The position numbers and the translations under genes were made by a program. A DNA stretch of 55,870 bases from a virus (lineage: Duplodnaviria; Caudoviricetes), in IMG/VR virus record IMGVR_UViG_3300021961_000124, positions 1 through 55,870 of that record; one strand, written 5' to 3'. This document shows positions 53,016 through 55,870 of this stretch, in pieces (within the stretch, counting starts at the first letter, position 1; each line of letters opens with the position of its first letter). Below the pieces are notes generated by a model. That model made no database searches. It was not told the origin of the DNA and saw only the letters and a program-made list of their open reading frames with translations.

Positions 53016-53491
53016 ATATCTTTTCCTAAAATCCGTTCACATTCCTCACGGAGGATATTCTCCATGTGCTGATTAAATGTAATATCTTGATCATGTGCTT
53101 GTTTCATTAGAGTATACAACACATCGTCAGATATGTCAACTGGAATACTTATACGAGTGTCATATTCTTCGCCTGCAATGATAGCCTGCGCTTTTTGGAT
53201 GAAGTCACCGTCGGACTCTAGATCCGTCCAGTTAACATCGTCCCATGCTTCCTTATCTACAGCAAGATCTTGATCATAAATGCGATAAGCTCTATTATTA
53301 GCATAGTCACAAACTTCTACGCAATAGACTCGTTGATTATCTTTGGGTGCAAAAATAATGTCCAACGAATAACCGTCTTGCTCTCCACTCCAAGAATTTA
53401 AACTATAGAGAGCAGGTACACTACCATAATAATCACCACCTTCGGTGATTTTGTAATCTACTAGTTCCATCCATTCTTTAAGTGTAATCAT
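53012..53491 (-). CDS. hypothetical protein
   Basis: 159-aa packed ORF; AH..DITFNQ C-terminus. Confidence 0.7.
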   Translation of the reverse strand: MITLKEWMELVDYKITEGGDYYGSVPALYSLNSWSGEQDGYSLDIIFAPKDNQRVYCVEVCDYANNRAYRIYDQDLAVDKEAWDDVNWTDLESDGDFIQKAQAIIAGEEYDTRISIPVDISDDVLYTLMKQAHDQDITFNQHMENILREECERILGKDI

Positions 53492-53494
53492 TTT

Positions 53495-53809
53495 TCATCT
53501 CCAAGTTCTATGATTTTCAGCAACATGCTCACGACCGTCGTATTCGTGAATGTGCCATTCGATGTTATCCGGGATTTCAACAACTGCAAGATCAGATGCA
53601 AAGCCGTTGGCTTTTGAACCAAGTGTTTCTACAATCTCTACAAGGATTGGATCGTCTCGAGTAATATCGTATATATCTAGATACGAGTATCCTTCGTAAG
53701 ATTTGGTCCACTTGCCGGGATCAAGGTTTTTCTTTTGGGCATATAGTTCTTGGGCTTCTTTCGACAAACCAAACCCACCAAAACATCGATTAATTACAAC
53801 TTTGACCAT
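53495..53809 (-). CDS. conserved phage hypothetical protein
   Basis: KVVIN.C.GGFGLS, R.DP.LV..VE and EYDG.E.V.E.HR.W motifs. Confidence 0.78.
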   Translation of the reverse strand: MVKVVINRCFGGFGLSKEAQELYAQKKNLDPGKWTKSYEGYSYLDIYDITRDDPILVEIVETLGSKANGFASDLAVVEIPDNIEWHIHEYDGREHVAENHRTWR

Positions 53810-54269
53810 TTTCTTTTTCCTTTGCTAGTTCTGCTACCATTAAGAATCGGTCATATGCTTTGCGAACAGTTGGGTTCTTCAGCAACTTGTCTGCTTCTTC
53901 CTGCATTGCCTTTACACCAACTTCGGCAAGGTCTCGTGTGCTACTGAATGTTAGGCTGAAGAACTCATCTCCAAACGCTGCCTTCATTTCTTCCCAAGCC
54001 TTACGCTGCCGTTCCGTGATAGGACGTTCTTTTGGACGAGCTTCGCTTTCTGTATATATTGCACGAGCGATAGCATCTTCAGCAACTCGCCCTGCGGCAA
54101 TCATTGGTGCATAAGCAGGGTCAATGCCATAGCGAGTAGACTTGCCACCAGGATAAGACATAATGATGTGACAACCTTTTGGAAAACTATCCATAAGATC
54201 GCTGTCATATTCTGAAACCGGAACATATCTGCGTCCTTGTTTAATGTAGTAAAGTTTTTTCATGTCCAT
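53790..54269 (-). CDS. hypothetical protein
   Basis: 159-aa packed ORF; probable start MKKLYY (54263). Confidence 0.7.
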   Translation of the reverse strand: MDMKKLYYIKQGRRYVPVSEYDSDLMDSFPKGCHIIMSYPGGKSTRYGIDPAYAPMIAAGRVAEDAIARAIYTESEARPKERPITERQRKAWEEMKAAFGDEFFSLTFSSTRDLAEVGVKAMQEEADKLLKNPTVRKAYDRFLMVAELAKEKENGQSCN

Positions 54270-54493
54270 CGCAGTATAAAAAGAGTTAGAGCTCGGTCGT
54301 TAGGAATTCTTACAGTCATTCCTTCTTGTGTACAGTTGTTATTATTACACCACTCAACAAGATTGTCAAGCTCTAAAGTCCAATAAGCAAAGTCTGTTAG
54401 AACAACAATGTGTTCATTTTTGAAATCATGTAAATCTACACCTGCTACTATGAAACGGTTACGTTTCCAGTCAGCTAGGATGTCAGAACTCAC
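54260..54493 (-). CDS. hypothetical protein
   Basis: 77-aa ORF ending F.LRW. Confidence 0.62.
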   Translation of the reverse strand: MSSDILADWKRNRFIVAGVDLHDFKNEHIVVLTDFAYWTLELDNLVEWCNNNNCTQEGMTVRIPNDRALTLFILRWT

Positions 54494-54732
54494 TTTTTGC
54501 TTTCCTCGTATTTTGCTACCATGCGATAAACTGGTTCCATTTTTTCTTGAAAAACATCTGGAGCAGCCTCAGAAGCTCGTTGTAGGTCCCATTCATTCGG
54601 ATAATGTCTTAAACACCAGATAGCCTGTTCACGAACTTCCTTAGGAACACGAGCATACTTACGTGTAGCTAAGTCTCGCAAGAATTGATATGTATTCCGT
54701 ACTGCACGATATCTTTCGTCAGGTAGAGTCAT
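54490..54732 (-). CDS. BPSL0761-like hypothetical protein
   Basis: MTLPDERYRAV..T..FL.DL...PK.VR..A...LRHYP. Confidence 0.72.
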   Translation of the reverse strand: MTLPDERYRAVRNTYQFLRDLATRKYARVPKEVREQAIWCLRHYPNEWDLQRASEAAPDVFQEKMEPVYRMVAKYEESKK

Positions 54733-55205
54733 AGGTCTTCCAATTTAACACGTTTAATGTCATCAACAAAGATTTTTAAAGTCTTGTTGTCGTCTTGTAG
54801 ATTATAACGCACTCTTTGATCTTTGTCAATATATTTTACATATGATCGACCTTCTTCGTCAATTACTTCTAGGCGATCAATGCCGCTCATCTTTTGATAT
54901 TCTTCTCCGTCAAAGATAGCATTGTGGATAGCCATGTATCCACAGTCCATACCTGCGCCATACATGCCTGGATCAAATCCAAATATATCGTACAACACAT
55001 AACGGTAGGTTCCGTTATATTTGATATCGCCTAACCAAATACGTTTACAAACAGCATAGAAGGCATCTTCACGCTCTTTCTCAGAAAGATTATTCCACCA
55101 AGTGTCATTCTCAGCCTCGTACTTTTCTTTGGCCTTTTCCATTTCTTGACCAATATCGCTTAACGCTTGTAGAGCTTCTTGGGTTTGTTTTTCTTTATCG
55201 TTCAT
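54729..55205 (-). CDS. hypothetical protein
   Basis: 158 aa; C-terminal RLEVID..GR.YV...LQDD.KTLKIF module. Confidence 0.7.
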   Translation of the reverse strand: MNDKEKQTQEALQALSDIGQEMEKAKEKYEAENDTWWNNLSEKEREDAFYAVCKRIWLGDIKYNGTYRYVLYDIFGFDPGMYGAGMDCGYMAIHNAIFDGEEYQKMSGIDRLEVIDEEGRSYVKYIDKDQRVRYNLQDDNKTLKIFVDDIKRVKLEDL

Positions 55206-55447
55206 TCTTCAACTCCGAAATGTTTTAGGATCATCTCGCTCACAGCAATCTCACCAATCGTAGTCATTTCCCCAGTGGATTTGAAAGGAAGATTGGCACA
55301 TTCTCTCACAATCAACTCGGCGAACTTTTCAGCAAAGCAATCCGGGATATACATCTTTTCCAGTTCATCATTTAGCGGATTACCTGGAAATGGGTTATCA
55401 ACTGCTATTACAACCTGTTCAGCAAGTTCTCGGATTCGTTCGTTCAT
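55202..55447 (-). CDS. MNERI...EKFAELIVREC family small protein
   Basis: MNERIRELAEQ...EKFAELIVREC...KHFGVEE. Confidence 0.72.
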   Translation of the reverse strand: MNERIRELAEQVVIAVDNPFPGNPLNDELEKMYIPDCFAEKFAELIVRECANLPFKSTGEMTTIGEIAVSEMILKHFGVEE

Positions 55448-55787
55448 AGCCAACTCCCAGGTAATACATAAGGCTTCTTATTAGCACCACGCTCACGTAC
55501 ATCAATCTGACGATGCTTGACTTTCAACTTCTTGGCAAAGTACCTAGCCCTACCAAGATAAGGAGTAGCAATAAAATTACGCCAACCACCATCGGGAAAT
55601 GTTTGTGGCTTATTCAATGCCACATAGTAACGTTTCTTATGATAACACTTCATCATTCAACTCCAAAATGTTGTTTGATAATAACCTGAGCAAAGTTCAA
55701 ACCAGCAGCAACTTGCGGAGGAGCAGTATCTTTCTGATCTTCGATTTTATTTGAACATTCTCTCACAATCAACTCGGCGAACTTTTC
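55298..55787. repeat. 33-nt exact direct repeat (55298-55330 and 55755-55787)
   Basis: ACATTCTCTCACAATCAACTCGGCGAACTTTTC occurs twice, encoding EKFAELIVREC in two paralogues. Confidence 0.92.
55444..55656 (-). CDS. basic hypothetical protein
   Basis: 70-aa ORF overlapping both neighbours. Confidence 0.6.
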   Translation of the reverse strand: MMKCYHKKRYYVALNKPQTFPDGGWRNFIATPYLGRARYFAKKLKVKHRQIDVRERGANKKPYVLPGSWL

Positions 55788-55870
55788 TATACTCTCAAGT
55801 ATTTTTAATCCACCTCTGCCGTCATCCGACCCATTCCATTGTTGAGATTCTTCCCACAGTTGTTTAGTTC
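55653..55870 (-). CDS. second EKFAELIVREC-family paralogue, C-terminal part (start outside the window)
   Basis: Manual translation ...TKQLWEESQQWNGSDDGRGGLKILESIEKFAELIVRECSNKIED...IIKQHFGVE. Confidence 0.72.
   Translation of the reverse strand, partial: TKQLWEESQQWNGSDDGRGGLKILESIEKFAELIVRECSNKIEDQKDTAPPQVAAGLNFAQVIIKQHFGVE

Noticed and set aside
1-55870. Bacterial chromosome or prophage origin
   Set aside because: Host-like genes are isolated among T4-like replication and virion genes with TAAATA late promoters; no integrase, att site or bacterial operon context is visible.

Overview
A 55.9-kb, AT-rich segment of a large T4-like (myovirus-type) bacteriophage genome, almost all on the minus strand; host-like genes (FdxA, YccA/BI-1, HesB/IscA, an Omp25/OmpA-like beta-barrel) weakly suggest a proteobacterial, perhaps alphaproteobacterial, host. 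In order it contains: (1) nucleotide metabolism and replication genes (dCMP deaminase, ThyA, DHFR, ferredoxin, clamp loader, DEDD exonuclease, MazG-like NTP-PPase, GroES, DnaE-like fragment); (2) a late structural block (Ig-domain baseplate protein, S8 protease, tail fibres, a 2912-aa virion protein); (3) auxiliary redox and tailoring enzymes (HesB, heme-c/copper monooxygenase, DUF3445-like demethylase, UvsE, 2OG-Fe(II) oxygenases, glycosyltransferase, QueD); (4) a plus-strand tail-fibre cassette ending in a flavin-dependent halogenase; (5) DNA ligase and a phosphoesterase; (6) an array of 10 tRNAs interleaved with two AdoMetDC paralogues, an OMP and a ~200-nt structured RNA; (7) ClpP and many small hypothetical genes. 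The standout observation is an insulated transcription unit at 44566-45000: sigma70 promoter, a 20-aa leader peptide MFKTTTMYYRWCLSKWWGMS (missed by the ORF track), alternative hairpins and an intrinsic terminator, then tRNA-Trp, tRNA-Tyr and tRNA-Cys. This looks like a ribosome-mediated attenuator that switches on phage tRNAs when the same host tRNAs are depleted. Other candidates: a preQ1-I-like element before queD, a tRNA-Ser with an ACU anticodon, an rrn-like boxB/boxA leader on the tRNA operon, and RBS-sequestering hairpins in front of small membrane proteins. All family calls come from motif recognition by eye; no database searches were run.
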